Below, one piece after another: positions 49,607 through 59,167 of a DNA stretch of 64,000 bases. The notes beneath the pieces were generated by a model that was not told where the DNA came from, did not search any database, and saw nothing but the letters and a program-made list of their open reading frames with translations. The translations under genes were made by a program, and so were the position numbers. Each line of letters opens with the position of its first letter. Position 1 is the first letter of the stretch. Origin of the DNA: a virus (Duplodnaviria; Caudoviricetes); the IMG/VR virus record IMGVR_UViG_3300020577_003313; one strand, given 5' to 3'.

Positions 49607-50133
49607 GACAATTCAGCCTTAACCTTCATTAGTAAAGAATCTATTTCCCTTCTAGGAATGTTCATCTGCTCGGAAACTTCTTCAACACTTTGTTTGTCTA
49701 TGGCTATCCTAGTAAGGATAGCTTTCTCAGTATCATTAGAAGTTAGATCCTCAAGAATAAACTCCAGGCTATGGGCAATACCGTTAGTATGGGTAACTAC
49801 CATAGATTTGAAGTCAGTTTCTCGACGGCGCCTAACTGCAACTTTTCTGTATTCATCAATACAGAAATTCTTCACTGCATTAGTAATGTAAGAAAGTACA
49901 TTCTTATGCTTCTGAAGAATGTCGATGTTGTTAACTATCTTGGTCAATGTCCAGTTGATAGAAGACATTAACTCATAGTTAGTTATAGATAACTTCGAAG
50001 ATACCTTAACCTTCCAGGTTAAGAAAGGAGAAAGTATTGCTACAAACTCTTCTCTAGAACCTGGAATTCCATTCTTGATGTCATCAATTAATTGATGAAT
50101 CCTTACTTGGACTTCTTTCTTATCAGAGAAAGG
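49603..50133 (-). CDS. ECF/sigma-70-like factor; frame open to 50133 but first canonical start only at 49968
   Basis: Extension reads ...IHQLIDDIKNGIPGSREEFVAILSPFL..., then YITNAVKNFCIDEYRK (region 2) and SVEEVSEQMNIPRREI (region 4). Confidence 0.65.
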   Translation of the reverse strand, partial: PFSDKKEVQVRIHQLIDDIKNGIPGSREEFVAILSPFLTWKVKVSSKLSITNYELMSSINWTLTKIVNNIDILQKHKNVLSYITNAVKNFCIDEYRKVAVRRRRETDFKSMVVTHTNGIAHSLEFILEDLTSNDTEKAILTRIAIDKQSVEEVSEQMNIPRREIDSLLMKVKAELS

Positions 50134-50467
50134 TTATTGGGGCAGCGCCCCCATTTGTCACTGCTGGGGCCTTGCTAGAAGTTTCTACTTCAGGCGTAGG
50201 ACTGTCTTTCTTAGTTTCAGTCTTGATAACTGGGCTTCCGCCCACCTCAATACTCATACCAAGAGCAGACGCTACCGAGATGTAGCTAGCAATGTTAGCA
50301 GTTTCACCCTTCAAGATGGTCTTGATGGAGTTAGAAGACAATCCAGTCTCCTTAACTAGGGTACCCATTGAGATGTTCTTGGAAATAAATCCAGCACGAA
50401 GTGCTACGGAAATTTCCTTTACCTGCTGCAAAACTTTATCAGAGTGTGTCTTTGTCTTATTAGCCAT
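50123..50467 (-). CDS. XRE-family HTH protein with disordered tail
   Basis: ISMGTLVKETGLSSNSIKTILKGETANIASYISVASALG. Confidence 0.75.
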   Translation of the reverse strand: MANKTKTHSDKVLQQVKEISVALRAGFISKNISMGTLVKETGLSSNSIKTILKGETANIASYISVASALGMSIEVGGSPVIKTETKKDSPTPEVETSSKAPAVTNGGAAPITFL

Positions 50468-50502
50468 AATTTTGACCTTTATTTATTGAGTAATACGGTT
50501 CA

Positions 50503-51225
50503 TCACAAATTAATGACAACCGGCGGCTGTAGTGTTTTGTAATCTCTTTTCAAAGAGCAAACATTATACAGATCCACATTGCCTAACTTGGTGCTACCAT
50601 AAGCTTCGTGGATATGTCCAAATATCCCCGCCTTCAGCTTAGGTAACTGCTTAATTCTTTCTAGTAATCTAGTAGAGCCTACACGATTGCCTTCTAGGCA
50701 ATGATCTAGTGGCGATAACCTAGGAGGACCATGACAAACAAGTACTTCAGTATCATCTTCTATAGCAGAGTAAATCTTTCTTAGAAGAGGATGGTTAGTA
50801 TCTGGTTCAGCAGAAGGCCCTGGACCTCCGTGGTATGCATTATCCTTACCAGGATCGTGCTCTAGTCCATTAAACGCCCAATCAAAAAAGAAAGGTGTCC
50901 ACGGTGTACCATATACCTTTAGACCTTCTAAAGTAACGCTCTTATCTACAAGATAGTGAACATTACTAGGAATGTAATCCTTTATTTCTTTATTGGTATA
51001 CTTATTGGTTAAAGTTTTACCAGTAAAAAAGAAATCATGGTTACCAGGTATAAAGACTTTATGCTTAGCTTGATCTAAGCTAGAAAACCAGTTCAAGAAA
51101 CTTGATACTTCCATTTCAGATCCATGAAGAGTAGCATCTCCTGCATGAATTAGAATGTCGCATTCCTCTATTTGAATTCTGGAATGATTGTTGTGAGTAT
51201 CACTGATACAAACTAGCTTAGTCAT
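50503..51225 (-). CDS. calcineurin-like metallophosphoesterase
   Basis: ISDTH, HAGD, PGNHD, HGPP, FGHIHE. Confidence 0.9.
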   Translation of the reverse strand: MTKLVCISDTHNNHSRIQIEECDILIHAGDATLHGSEMEVSSFLNWFSSLDQAKHKVFIPGNHDFFFTGKTLTNKYTNKEIKDYIPSNVHYLVDKSVTLEGLKVYGTPWTPFFFDWAFNGLEHDPGKDNAYHGGPGPSAEPDTNHPLLRKIYSAIEDDTEVLVCHGPPRLSPLDHCLEGNRVGSTRLLERIKQLPKLKAGIFGHIHEAYGSTKLGNVDLYNVCSLKRDYKTLQPPVVINL

Positions 51226-51230
51226 GTTAT

Positions 51231-51623
51231 TTATGGTTGCTGAGTGTTACTAGGATCGGTATACTTACCGTGATTAACTAAATCTTCTCCTAGTTCTTTT
51301 TTAAGAGCTTCTAACTTCTTCTGCTTTCTCTTAAGAGCAGCAGCAGCTTTTTGTTTCTGGCGCTTAGCTTCAAGTTTTTCAAACCTTTTTTCGCGCTCTT
51401 TTTCTTCTGCGTAGGCTTCTTTAGCTTTCTCAACAATACTGGCATAGTCTATTTGTTCAGCTAATCTTAGCCCAAACGATTTATTGGACGAGCAGTAGAA
51501 TTTAAGAATCTCGTATTCCTCATCTGTTACCTCTTCCCAACTACCTAAAGATGTAACCACATCAATATTTTCATAATAAGTTGATGGTAGAGGGGCAGTT
51601 TGATACAAGATGATTCTACGCAT
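51231..51623 (-). CDS. hypothetical protein with charged coiled coil
   Basis: 130 aa. Confidence 0.55.
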   Translation of the reverse strand: MRRIILYQTAPLPSTYYENIDVVTSLGSWEEVTDEEYEILKFYCSSNKSFGLRLAEQIDYASIVEKAKEAYAEEKEREKRFEKLEAKRQKQKAAAALKRKQKKLEALKKELGEDLVNHGKYTDPSNTQQP

Positions 51624-51846
51624 CTTCGTCTACCTTATATAGCCAAGGATTACTATAGAAAAATTCTGTAATGTTTAGAGCACTCTTAATAGCCTTACTA
51701 ACTTTTGCGTGGAATAAGGTATAGTCTAAACCAATGTCCTGGCAAACTGCGTCAGTACAATACTCAACTATTTGATCTCTAAACTCATTGAGTTCTTTTC
51801 TATTTATCTTCTTGAATTTTTTAGCAGCCATCTGATGCCTCATCAA
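51616..51846 (-). CDS. hypothetical protein
   Basis: 76 aa in the operon. Confidence 0.45.
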   Translation of the reverse strand: MMRHQMAAKKFKKINRKELNEFRDQIVEYCTDAVCQDIGLDYTLFHAKVSKAIKSALNITEFFYSNPWLYKVDEDA

Positions 51847-52123
51847 ATTTACTAGGTCTTAGGGATAAATTAAACTCGTGAGCCTGCTCACTAGTTAACT
51901 CTTGTACATTAAGTACATCTCTGTAAAAGTCAATAGCGTTCTCACCTATTCCAGTTGATGATCCTGCATTGATACAGTTCTCAATATAGTCCATAGTTTC
52001 TGGATCTGATGAATGAACCATATCAATAAGTTTATTGAACGCGCTGTCTGTATCCTTAGCTTCAATGACTACATCAAAGTCGTGAGTAGTAGGTATCCAG
52101 CATGGTATTTTGAAAAAAGGCAT
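51821..52123 (-). CDS. hypothetical protein
   Basis: 100 aa in the operon. Confidence 0.5.
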   Translation of the reverse strand: MPFFKIPCWIPTTHDFDVVIEAKDTDSAFNKLIDMVHSSDPETMDYIENCINAGSSTGIGENAIDFYRDVLNVQELTSEQAHEFNLSLRPSKFDEASDGC

Positions 52124-52124
52124 A

Positions 52125-52601
52125 TCAAGACTCCGGTAAGAACGTGTAGGTTGTTCTAAGTAGCTCTTGAGCTAGCTTGTATTTATCAAGCTTAGCTCCT
52201 TTCTGAAGCTCTACAGAGTTATTCTGGATGTCAAAATATTTGACAATCGCGACGATCTCGTTATTAGAGTCAATTATACCTCTAATGTACTCAGTGTAGT
52301 CGCCGTAGTTCTTCTTATTAAGAACATTACAGTTCACAATGACTGAAGGTCTTACATTGAACTTAGTTCTTAACTCTTCTTGAGTAACTTCACAATCTTC
52401 TAGCACGTCATGAAGAATAGCAGTCTGGTATACTACATCTTCGTCTACATCTAGGTAGGCACAATTATTGACAAAGCTTAGAGCCTCCTTAGCTACTGCT
52501 ATAGGATGTACTATGTAAGCTTCTCCGCCCCATCTAGTTTGACCAAAATGTAAACTGGCGGCTATGTTCAGGACTTGTGCGTTTGTAGCGTATTCAGTCA
52601 T
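52125..52601 (-). CDS. HD-domain hydrolase, RelA/SpoT-hydrolase (Mesh1)-like
   Basis: HFGQTRWGGEAYIVHP, AILHDVLED, VKYFDIQNN. Confidence 0.8.
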   Translation of the reverse strand: MTEYATNAQVLNIAASLHFGQTRWGGEAYIVHPIAVAKEALSFVNNCAYLDVDEDVVYQTAILHDVLEDCEVTQEELRTKFNVRPSVIVNCNVLNKKNYGDYTEYIRGIIDSNNEIVAIVKYFDIQNNSVELQKGAKLDKYKLAQELLRTTYTFLPES

Positions 52602-52753
52602 TGTTCCTCGGGGGGAGTTAATTCGGTAACCCAGTATTCAGAATTTCTGATGCTGTACTCAGCATCAGCGTACTCTAATGCTTGCTCTGCATCCTCGAAA
52701 GGACCGTAATAGAAGAATCCGTCTACTGGATTACCGGAGATAATAATATGCAA
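52598..52753 (-). CDS. small hypothetical protein (51 aa, not in the ORF track)
   Basis: TTG start; MHIIISGNPVDGFFYYGPFEDAEQALEYA...PPEEQ; fills the gap and ends in an ATGA overlap. Confidence 0.55.
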   Translation of the reverse strand: MHIIISGNPVDGFFYYGPFEDAEQALEYADAEYSIRNSEYWVTELTPPEEQ

Positions 52754-52756
52754 GCG

Positions 52757-53128
52757 TCAATCCTTAAAGATTACGTCCACATTAATTCTACCAAACAATT
52801 TTTTAAGAAGCTCTTCTCTTTCCTTACCCTTAGGCTCCGCAGCATCATTGATCCTGATAGCTTCAGATTCTATCTCGACCAATTTATCATACATCTTTTT
52901 TGCTTTCTTATTTTCTTTTAGATTAACTGTTTCGACATAAGTTAACTCGGAAGGAACTCCATATCCTTCTATGTCATTATTTTCTAGCTCGCAAAGCTGC
53001 TTGCAAGCAAAGCCTAGACAACACATTGATCCATATTCATTTCTTAGTGTTGAGTTGCAGAATCCTGCGCGATCTTCTCCACGCAGCCACTTCTTACGTC
53101 TAATAACTAACTTATTCTTTTTAGCCAT
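52757..53128 (-). CDS. phage hypothetical protein (CCLG motif)
   Basis: WLRG...MCCLGFAC; probable start 53128. Confidence 0.6.
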   Translation of the reverse strand: MAKKNKLVIRRKKWLRGEDRAGFCNSTLRNEYGSMCCLGFACKQLCELENNDIEGYGVPSELTYVETVNLKENKKAKKMYDKLVEIESEAIRINDAAEPKGKEREELLKKLFGRINVDVIFKD

Positions 53129-53417
53129 GTTTTGTTTCCTCAGTAAATCTTTCGTCAAAAACTATTCTTTCTATCTTCGTTCTCTTAATAAAGATGTTTC
53201 TAGCTTTAAGAACGAACATTAACTGACTCATTTTAGAGCGAGCAATATCAAATTGCTTCGCGTGAGTAGTGAAATAAAAGTTATCACCAGATCCTAAAAT
53301 AGGATCATCTGTAATAGAACTAGTGTGCCATCCATAGGTCTTTGCTAGCTTAATGTACTCTTTCCTAGCAAGTTCTACAGAGTAAGGAACTGTAATATGT
53401 ATTTCGTAAGTGTACAT
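53121..53417 (-). CDS. hypothetical protein
   Basis: YEIHITV...RTKIERIVFD. Confidence 0.55.
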   Translation of the reverse strand: MYTYEIHITVPYSVELARKEYIKLAKTYGWHTSSITDDPILGSGDNFYFTTHAKQFDIARSKMSQLMFVLKARNIFIKRTKIERIVFDERFTEETKHG

Positions 53418-53421
53418 TTAT

Positions 53422-53853
53422 TTAATCACACCTACCAAAGTCATCAGCGAGTCTGACTATATCAGACTCAGATAGAGTAGAGTACATATCTGCTCTTCTC
53501 CATACTTCAATTATCTCTAGCTCTTGCTTATTGCTGATGTTCTCTAATCTATGTAAGCATTTTCTACCTAATTGAAGTGTACTATGAACTTCATTGATAA
53601 AAAAGCTAGATATTACGAAGTCTGAAATAGTTGGATGTTTTAAGTTAGGATGAGTTAAATGTCCTACTAAGACTAGACCCTCGCCGGACTTATGTATCCA
53701 AGTCTCTGTTCTGTCTTTGTGATACTGGAGACTAGTCCTCGCTTTAGCGAAGACCTTTATTGTCTTAACGACAATCTCAGGGGAAACGTGAATAACACGC
53801 ATTTCACCCCATGGTCTATTTATTTGCATTCCGACTTTTAAATTGTCAGTCAT
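53422..53853 (-). CDS. mannose-6-phosphate isomerase type II-like cupin
   Basis: RPWG, SLQYHKDRTETW, HRLEN, ESDIVRLADDFGR. Confidence 0.8.
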   Translation of the reverse strand: MTDNLKVGMQINRPWGEMRVIHVSPEIVVKTIKVFAKARTSLQYHKDRTETWIHKSGEGLVLVGHLTHPNLKHPTISDFVISSFFINEVHSTLQLGRKCLHRLENISNKQELEIIEVWRRADMYSTLSESDIVRLADDFGRCD

Positions 53854-53861
53854 CTTTTTTC

Positions 53862-54089
53862 TCAGTATGATATTGTGATATAAGGACCACAAGGAGGCAA
53901 GATCATAGGATCTTTTCTTTTAAAATCGCACTCCACTGTTCTGTAAGCTTCTACAGGTTTATCTCCAGGTTCGTAACCAACATAGTCTATTCGACTTCCT
54001 GTGGGCCATTCCCCATATAACCTTACATCTAAGTCTCCATACTTATACTTGAGGTTATTAAGCTTTTCTACTAGTTCTGTGATAGTCAT
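53862..54089 (-). CDS. hypothetical protein
   Basis: MTITELVEKLNNLKYKYGDLDV, a common phage small-protein start. Confidence 0.55.
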   Translation of the reverse strand: MTITELVEKLNNLKYKYGDLDVRLYGEWPTGSRIDYVGYEPGDKPVEAYRTVECDFKRKDPMILPPCGPYITISY

Positions 54090-54265
54090 TGTTGAGCTGA
54101 TTCAAGTCTTTCTACCCTATACTTAAGTTCTAATATCAAATCTACAAGCTCGCAATAGTTTCTTTCCATTTGATAAAAAGTCCTAGGGTCTTTTCTTTTG
54201 AGTTCAATATCAGCTAATCTTTGTTTTTCACGGTCTGCTTCAATTAAGTCGTCGTAATGTCCCAT
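54086..54265 (-). CDS. small hypothetical protein (59 aa, not in the ORF track)
   Basis: MGHYDDLIEADREKQRL...; ATGA overlap with the next gene. Confidence 0.55.
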   Translation of the reverse strand: MGHYDDLIEADREKQRLADIELKRKDPRTFYQMERNYCELVDLILELKYRVERLESAQQ

Positions 54266-54302
54266 TTAGTCTTTTGCCCTCGGATACTATGTCTAAAGTA
54301 AT

Positions 54303-54331
54303 AAAAAAAGAGCACCATTTCTGGTGCTCTT
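54303..54331 (-). terminator. Rho-independent terminator after nrdJ
   Basis: AAGAGCACCA-GAAA-TGGTGCTCTT hairpin running into a T-tract on the minus strand. Confidence 0.85.
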
Positions 54332-54364
54332 AAAGTGACTCCCCACTAAGGTTACTTTTTACTT

Positions 54365-57316
54365 TTAAATGGAGCACGAGTCATTCGTGCAAAATCTTTC
54401 GCCTTTGCTCTCTTCTTTACCATCTCTCAGGTCTAATTCTCCTAGAGAATTAACATATTCATCATACTCTTGTTCTGTACAAGTTTGATACGGAGCCTGA
54501 GGATAGTTGTGATTATCCAATGGTAGGAAAGACAGAGTCTTTACATAAGGAGCGAAATATTCAATCGCGCCTAATAGATCTTTCACCTCTTCAGGTTTAA
54601 AAGTTATCGTGCAAGACACTGAGTTATCCGACCAATAATATTGTAGTTCTTTTACTAGAGTAAGCTGTTCCCATAGAGAGATGTCATACTTGCTCTTAGT
54701 AAAGTTACTTTCCCTTACAGGGAAGTAAACTACCATTGTATTCTTGTCCGTTAAAGAAGGTTCTATTCTATACCTTGCTGCTGCTAGTTTCTTTAGCAGT
54801 GGACTATTTGCGGCAACTCTAATAGTTCTCATATAGAACTCACTGTGGGTACAGTGTACACCAGGAGTCGCGCCTGCTAGTAAGCTAATAGTTCCACTAG
54901 GCTTAATAGTAGTAATCTTAAGTGATGTAGGTACGCCTAACCATCTAGAATAGATGGTATCCCAGTAATCTACAGTCTCGTAACCCTTGTCACAGAACTC
55001 AGATAGATACTTCTGAATACCAAATTTCTTAATAGCTTGCTGAATACCTGACTGAGAAGTTCCAATGCGACGATTACGGAGCATTACTTGATTAGTAGCT
55101 TCGCAGTGAGTAGGCACAAGAGTTACACTCTTCGCATACAGATACGCATACTTTAGCGTCTCGTGATAGTCTTCTGAGTTATCATGATTAGCCGGGAAAG
55201 TCTCTACTAAGCAGCACATCTCTTTGTCGTGTAGAGTCATCTCCGCGCACGGATTTACTCCAACACAATCGTCATACTTCGGATGCTTAATTTCTCTTCT
55301 TCCATCCTTAACTCGTCCAAAATGTTGGCAGTTTTCCAGTAGAATAATTCCTGGCTCACCATTCTTAGTGATGTTACCAATAATTCTGCTGAAGTTTGAA
55401 TCAGGATTTGCAGTAACAGAGTTGTTACTCATCCATCTTCTATCAGCACATTCGTCTGGATACTTTGTATAGTCTTTCATTTCTATGAACTTAGTATCTT
55501 CGATACGACCCATAGAAAGTTCGGCGCTTCTTCTTACATTACCAGCTACAACAAACTTACCGATATAATTCATGATATCGGTAATACCTACAGAATCTAA
55601 TATCTTACCATCATAGCTATCTAATAGTTTTGTGATGTTTGCGTGCCCTTCCCTTAAGGGGGCAGGACCGCTAGCTGTTCCGCCAAAGCCTTTAATAGGC
55701 GCACCTGGTCCTCTTATTTGATCATAATTGAATATGAACCATTCTTTTCTATCTTTCTGTATGTAATTATTTAGTAACAGTCTAATAGATTCTACCCAGC
55801 CTTCTCTTGAATCTGGTATAACGTAAGTAGTTAGAGGTATAGCTACATTGTAATCAGTAGGACACTTACTTATTTGTACCTTACCAGCGCCGAGTGTATC
55901 ATATCCTACACCAACACCAAGCATTAGCATGTCACAGGCCCATGCAAATGGGCCAGCAAAGTCCTTATCTATATCCTTAGTGCTAACAGTCGCACAATTA
56001 GATGTTAGTATATTATCAGCAAGAGTAAATTTTTGATATCCTGGAACAGTTGCACAATATACTATCTCTTTTCTATCTGTTTTCTCTACAGATATAACAG
56101 TCCAATATTGTAATTTTACTTCTGGATTATCTAAAAATCTTTCTCTGTGCGAATCTATTAAAAAGAAATCTTCAGTAAGTGCATTTCTATGCAAAACTAT
56201 GGACCATAACCTAGAAGGTTTGTTAGTTAAGTTAGATATTCTATCTTCTTTAGTTGGTCCATATATAGGAATACCTAAAACTGAACAAAGTTCTCTTACC
56301 TTTAAGATATTATTTTCATTTGTACTCTCTATAGAACAGCATCCAGACTTAGATACTGTACCATCAGCAGCAAAATATCCTGCTAAGAATCCATACAGAT
56401 AAGATTTATTTTCTTCTAAAGATGGAAATTCTTTAAAATAATTTGGTAGTCCGACTACTCTAATATCCTGACCTGCCTTCTGGCGGTTACAATTATTAAA
56501 ATAATCTAATAGCTGTAAGTTCTTTTCTCCACACAAAGTAACTCCGGCGGTAGCTCTTAAAGAAGCAGAAGAAAGGTTACCGTCTCCATATGTAATGCCA
56601 TGGGCTATTCCAAATGCAGAAGGGGTAATATCTTTTACTCCTTGTCCAAAGCAATATTGTAGTCTATGTATTCCCGGTCTTAATTCTACTGTAGTGAATC
56701 TAGAATAACCTTTACTTCTATATTCCTGTCTTCTATCTTTAGCAAACCAGCCATGGTCTGCTGTGGCAAATATTTCCTTTCTTAATCCAGAACGACTAAG
56801 AGTTATTTTATATAGTTCTTGGGATCCAAATGCTGTAATTGGAGCTTTTACCCACTTGCCGCCTTCTGTTAAAAGTGTAGGCTCAGTTCCTTGTAACTGA
56901 GATATTTGTTTAATGCCTTCTGAAGTAATAACTTCAGTCTCGGCAGCAAAGCAGTTATTTAGTGCAGCAGAGCCAATCCTATCTACAATAGGAGTGCCCA
57001 TAATCCACAGTCCTCTGCCAGGAGGTAGGAACTTAAAGTTCCACATCCTCTCGAACATAGCCTGTGCAGATTTTTGAGCTTTAGCAGCATCCCAAGGTAG
57101 ATGAGAATTTTTACAGTGTCTCATCTGGATAGTGAAAGAACCTTCTACACAACGCTTAATCGTGTCAAAAAATTCTTCACTAGTTCCATCTTCTTTGAGT
57201 CTTGAGTAGGTTCTCTTATAGGTAAAGTAACTGAGGGTTCCAAACCCCCAAGATGGTTGCTTACCTTGATATTTTCTTAGAAAATTTTCAGTTAATTTGA
57301 ATCTAGTTTCGGTCAT
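54365..57316 (-). CDS. nrdJ: class II (AdoCbl-dependent, monomeric RTPR-type) ribonucleotide reductase with intein
   Basis: RTYSR, PPGRGLW, ALNNC, GVGVG, GNVRRSAE, NPCAE, TTIKPSGT, C-terminal CTNDSC. Confidence 0.95.
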   Translation of the reverse strand: MTETRFKLTENFLRKYQGKQPSWGFGTLSYFTYKRTYSRLKEDGTSEEFFDTIKRCVEGSFTIQMRHCKNSHLPWDAAKAQKSAQAMFERMWNFKFLPPGRGLWIMGTPIVDRIGSAALNNCFAAETEVITSEGIKQISQLQGTEPTLLTEGGKWVKAPITAFGSQELYKITLSRSGLRKEIFATADHGWFAKDRRQEYRSKGYSRFTTVELRPGIHRLQYCFGQGVKDITPSAFGIAHGITYGDGNLSSASLRATAGVTLCGEKNLQLLDYFNNCNRQKAGQDIRVVGLPNYFKEFPSLEENKSYLYGFLAGYFAADGTVSKSGCCSIESTNENNILKVRELCSVLGIPIYGPTKEDRISNLTNKPSRLWSIVLHRNALTEDFFLIDSHRERFLDNPEVKLQYWTVISVEKTDRKEIVYCATVPGYQKFTLADNILTSNCATVSTKDIDKDFAGPFAWACDMLMLGVGVGYDTLGAGKVQISKCPTDYNVAIPLTTYVIPDSREGWVESIRLLLNNYIQKDRKEWFIFNYDQIRGPGAPIKGFGGTASGPAPLREGHANITKLLDSYDGKILDSVGITDIMNYIGKFVVAGNVRRSAELSMGRIEDTKFIEMKDYTKYPDECADRRWMSNNSVTANPDSNFSRIIGNITKNGEPGIILLENCQHFGRVKDGRREIKHPKYDDCVGVNPCAEMTLHDKEMCCLVETFPANHDNSEDYHETLKYAYLYAKSVTLVPTHCEATNQVMLRNRRIGTSQSGIQQAIKKFGIQKYLSEFCDKGYETVDYWDTIYSRWLGVPTSLKITTIKPSGTISLLAGATPGVHCTHSEFYMRTIRVAANSPLLKKLAAARYRIEPSLTDKNTMVVYFPVRESNFTKSKYDISLWEQLTLVKELQYYWSDNSVSCTITFKPEEVKDLLGAIEYFAPYVKTLSFLPLDNHNYPQAPYQTCTEQEYDEYVNSLGELDLRDGKEESKGERFCTNDSCSI
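55997..56953 (-). mobile_element. intein (319 aa) with LAGLIDADG homing endonuclease
   Basis: Begins CFAAETEV and ends VYCATVPGYQKFTLADNILTSN before C+1; FLAGYFAADG; removal restores ALNN-CATVS. Confidence 0.93.
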
Positions 57317-57345
57317 TTTATTGTTAACAACTATTGAAAGGTTAC

Positions 57346-57798
57346 TTATTTGTTCGGTTCTTTTTCTATTTGAAAGTAATCAATCAAATCCCCAGTCGCA
57401 ATCAGAACTCTTTCTGGAAGAGAAAAGTACGTGTCAAGAAATGCTTCTATATAAGCAGTTTTCCAAGTATAGTACATATCAATCACGTCTGGCGTGGTAT
57501 ATGTCATATCCTTGTATTTAGAATAGTCAAATATTTTACCACAATGATAACATTTTGATGCAGTAAATTGCGTCTTATTAATCCTTATTGCTTTCATTTC
57601 ATAGTGCTTACAACAATAAGGACAGATGACTTTAACATCTCTTATGGCATTATAGTCGTAGTCATCGTCTTGTGAATTATAACACTTAGTAATCTGAACT
57701 ATACTATCTAAGTTTATACCTTTAGTAAATTCTCGAAACTGGTCTAGAGTGTTAAATAGACAGAATTTGTTTTTCTGTTCTGGAGTTCTTAGAGTCAT
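57346..57798 (-). CDS. hypothetical Zn-ribbon protein
   Basis: CPYC...CYHC. Confidence 0.55.
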   Translation of the reverse strand: MTLRTPEQKNKFCLFNTLDQFREFTKGINLDSIVQITKCYNSQDDDYDYNAIRDVKVICPYCCKHYEMKAIRINKTQFTASKCYHCGKIFDYSKYKDMTYTTPDVIDMYYTWKTAYIEAFLDTYFSLPERVLIATGDLIDYFQIEKEPNK

Positions 57799-58138
57799 TG
57801 TACATAATAGCCATTATGGTGTAAACGATAGCCCCGATCGCATCTGTGCGCCACTTGTTACAGCTTACATTAAACTTCTCGATAGAACCATCTTCTAAGG
57901 CTTCATCAATGTTTTTTGAATGGGTCTTAAGTTCCATTAACTTTTTAATGGCTTGACCAATTGAAAATCCATTGCCTACATTATCTGCAATGATTCTCCA
58001 CGGCTGATCTTTGAAGTCACAGTTATGCCCGTGTCTTTCTTTGCCTTTTCCTCTAGTAACTTGATTTAATACTTCAGAGAGTATGCTTTCAAAATGTTTC
58101 TCCGAAAGCAGCTCAATCTTATCCTGTGCCTTGTCCAT
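57752..58138 (-). CDS. conserved phage hypothetical protein
   Basis: GKGKERHG...FKDQPW...GQAIKK motif. Confidence 0.6.
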   Translation of the reverse strand: MDKAQDKIELLSEKHFESILSEVLNQVTRGKGKERHGHNCDFKDQPWRIIADNVGNGFSIGQAIKKLMELKTHSKNIDEALEDGSIEKFNVSCNKWRTDAIGAIVYTIMAIMYNDSKNSRTEKQILSI

Positions 58139-58139
58139 T

Positions 58140-58541
58140 TTATTCTCCGGGCCTAATAATCATCTCGTCACATTTTCTAATGAGAATGTAGAATTGTTCT
58201 CTAGGTTTATTATTCTCATTGAGGTTCAATTCAATGAACCAATTAGGAGCTTTATTTAGAATATCTTGTAGTGTCTTAGACACCTTGTCTCCTATTTCTA
58301 TATCCAGAAAGAGATCAGCTTTTGTAAAATCTTGTTCTTCATTTCTGTCAAGATGATCTCCTATTGAGGAGATCACAATACGCTGGAAGTTAGGAGCTCT
58401 TCTAGCATAGCGCATAAACATATTATTGATGTAGTATTGTTTAATAATATCATACATCTCTGCTTCCTTCTCGACTTCTTTAGAGAAGTCAAGAACTAGA
58501 GAGAAATGTTTAGTATCAAATCTACCCGTTATTTTATGCAT
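58140..58541 (-). CDS. hypothetical protein
   Basis: 133 aa. Confidence 0.5.
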   Translation of the reverse strand: MHKITGRFDTKHFSLVLDFSKEVEKEAEMYDIIKQYYINNMFMRYARRAPNFQRIVISSIGDHLDRNEEQDFTKADLFLDIEIGDKVSKTLQDILNKAPNWFIELNLNENNKPREQFYILIRKCDEMIIRPGE

Positions 58542-58558
58542 TCATCCCATGTTGTTCA

Positions 58559-59167
58559 TCAGAAACTCTGATCAAACTGTTTCGCAAAAAAACAAGCTAA
58601 GCGAACAGGATCATTTTTCTGTGCTATCACAGCGATAGAGCGGTATGTTTCAAATGGTGGTCGCGCTCTATCTTTTACCGCTTTATAGTAAAGCAGCTGA
58701 ACCTGGTCTCTGATATCTAAATCAGAGATATACTTGATAGACTGTTCTGCATAATCTTTCAAGTATCCAGGTAACTTTAGTTTTAGATTTGACACAGTCT
58801 GAAACATGTCTGCTCGTTTATCAAACCAATCCTTCAGATTGGCTAAAGGCATGATAACAAACTGATCGTCAAACGTTGTAATTGGATTAACTATTTGGAG
58901 AGACAGCACAAGAAACTTTACATCCTTATGCCGTCCCTTCATCAAATTTTTATACTTGTTGATCCAAGGTTGTTTTGCTCTATATTTACATTCTGCTACT
59001 AGACCTACAGTTGGAAACGCCTTAGTCATTGTCTGATCTAAAGGAGCAATCACGTCAGGCAAGGACTCACTAAAGTCCCCGCCTCTGTGAATTCTTATAC
59101 CCTTCAAGATCTCGGCCGTTGTCTTTTCAAGGTTTTTCCAAGCTGTAGACCTAGGCATAGCTATCAC
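58559..59167 (-). CDS. Holliday-junction-resolvase-like PD-(D/E)XK nuclease
   Basis: WKNLEKxxAExL...PDV...ECKYR. Confidence 0.65.
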   Translation of the reverse strand: MIAMPRSTAWKNLEKTTAEILKGIRIHRGGDFSESLPDVIAPLDQTMTKAFPTVGLVAECKYRAKQPWINKYKNLMKGRHKDVKFLVLSLQIVNPITTFDDQFVIMPLANLKDWFDKRADMFQTVSNLKLKLPGYLKDYAEQSIKYISDLDIRDQVQLLYYKAVKDRARPPFETYRSIAVIAQKNDPVRLACFFAKQFDQSF

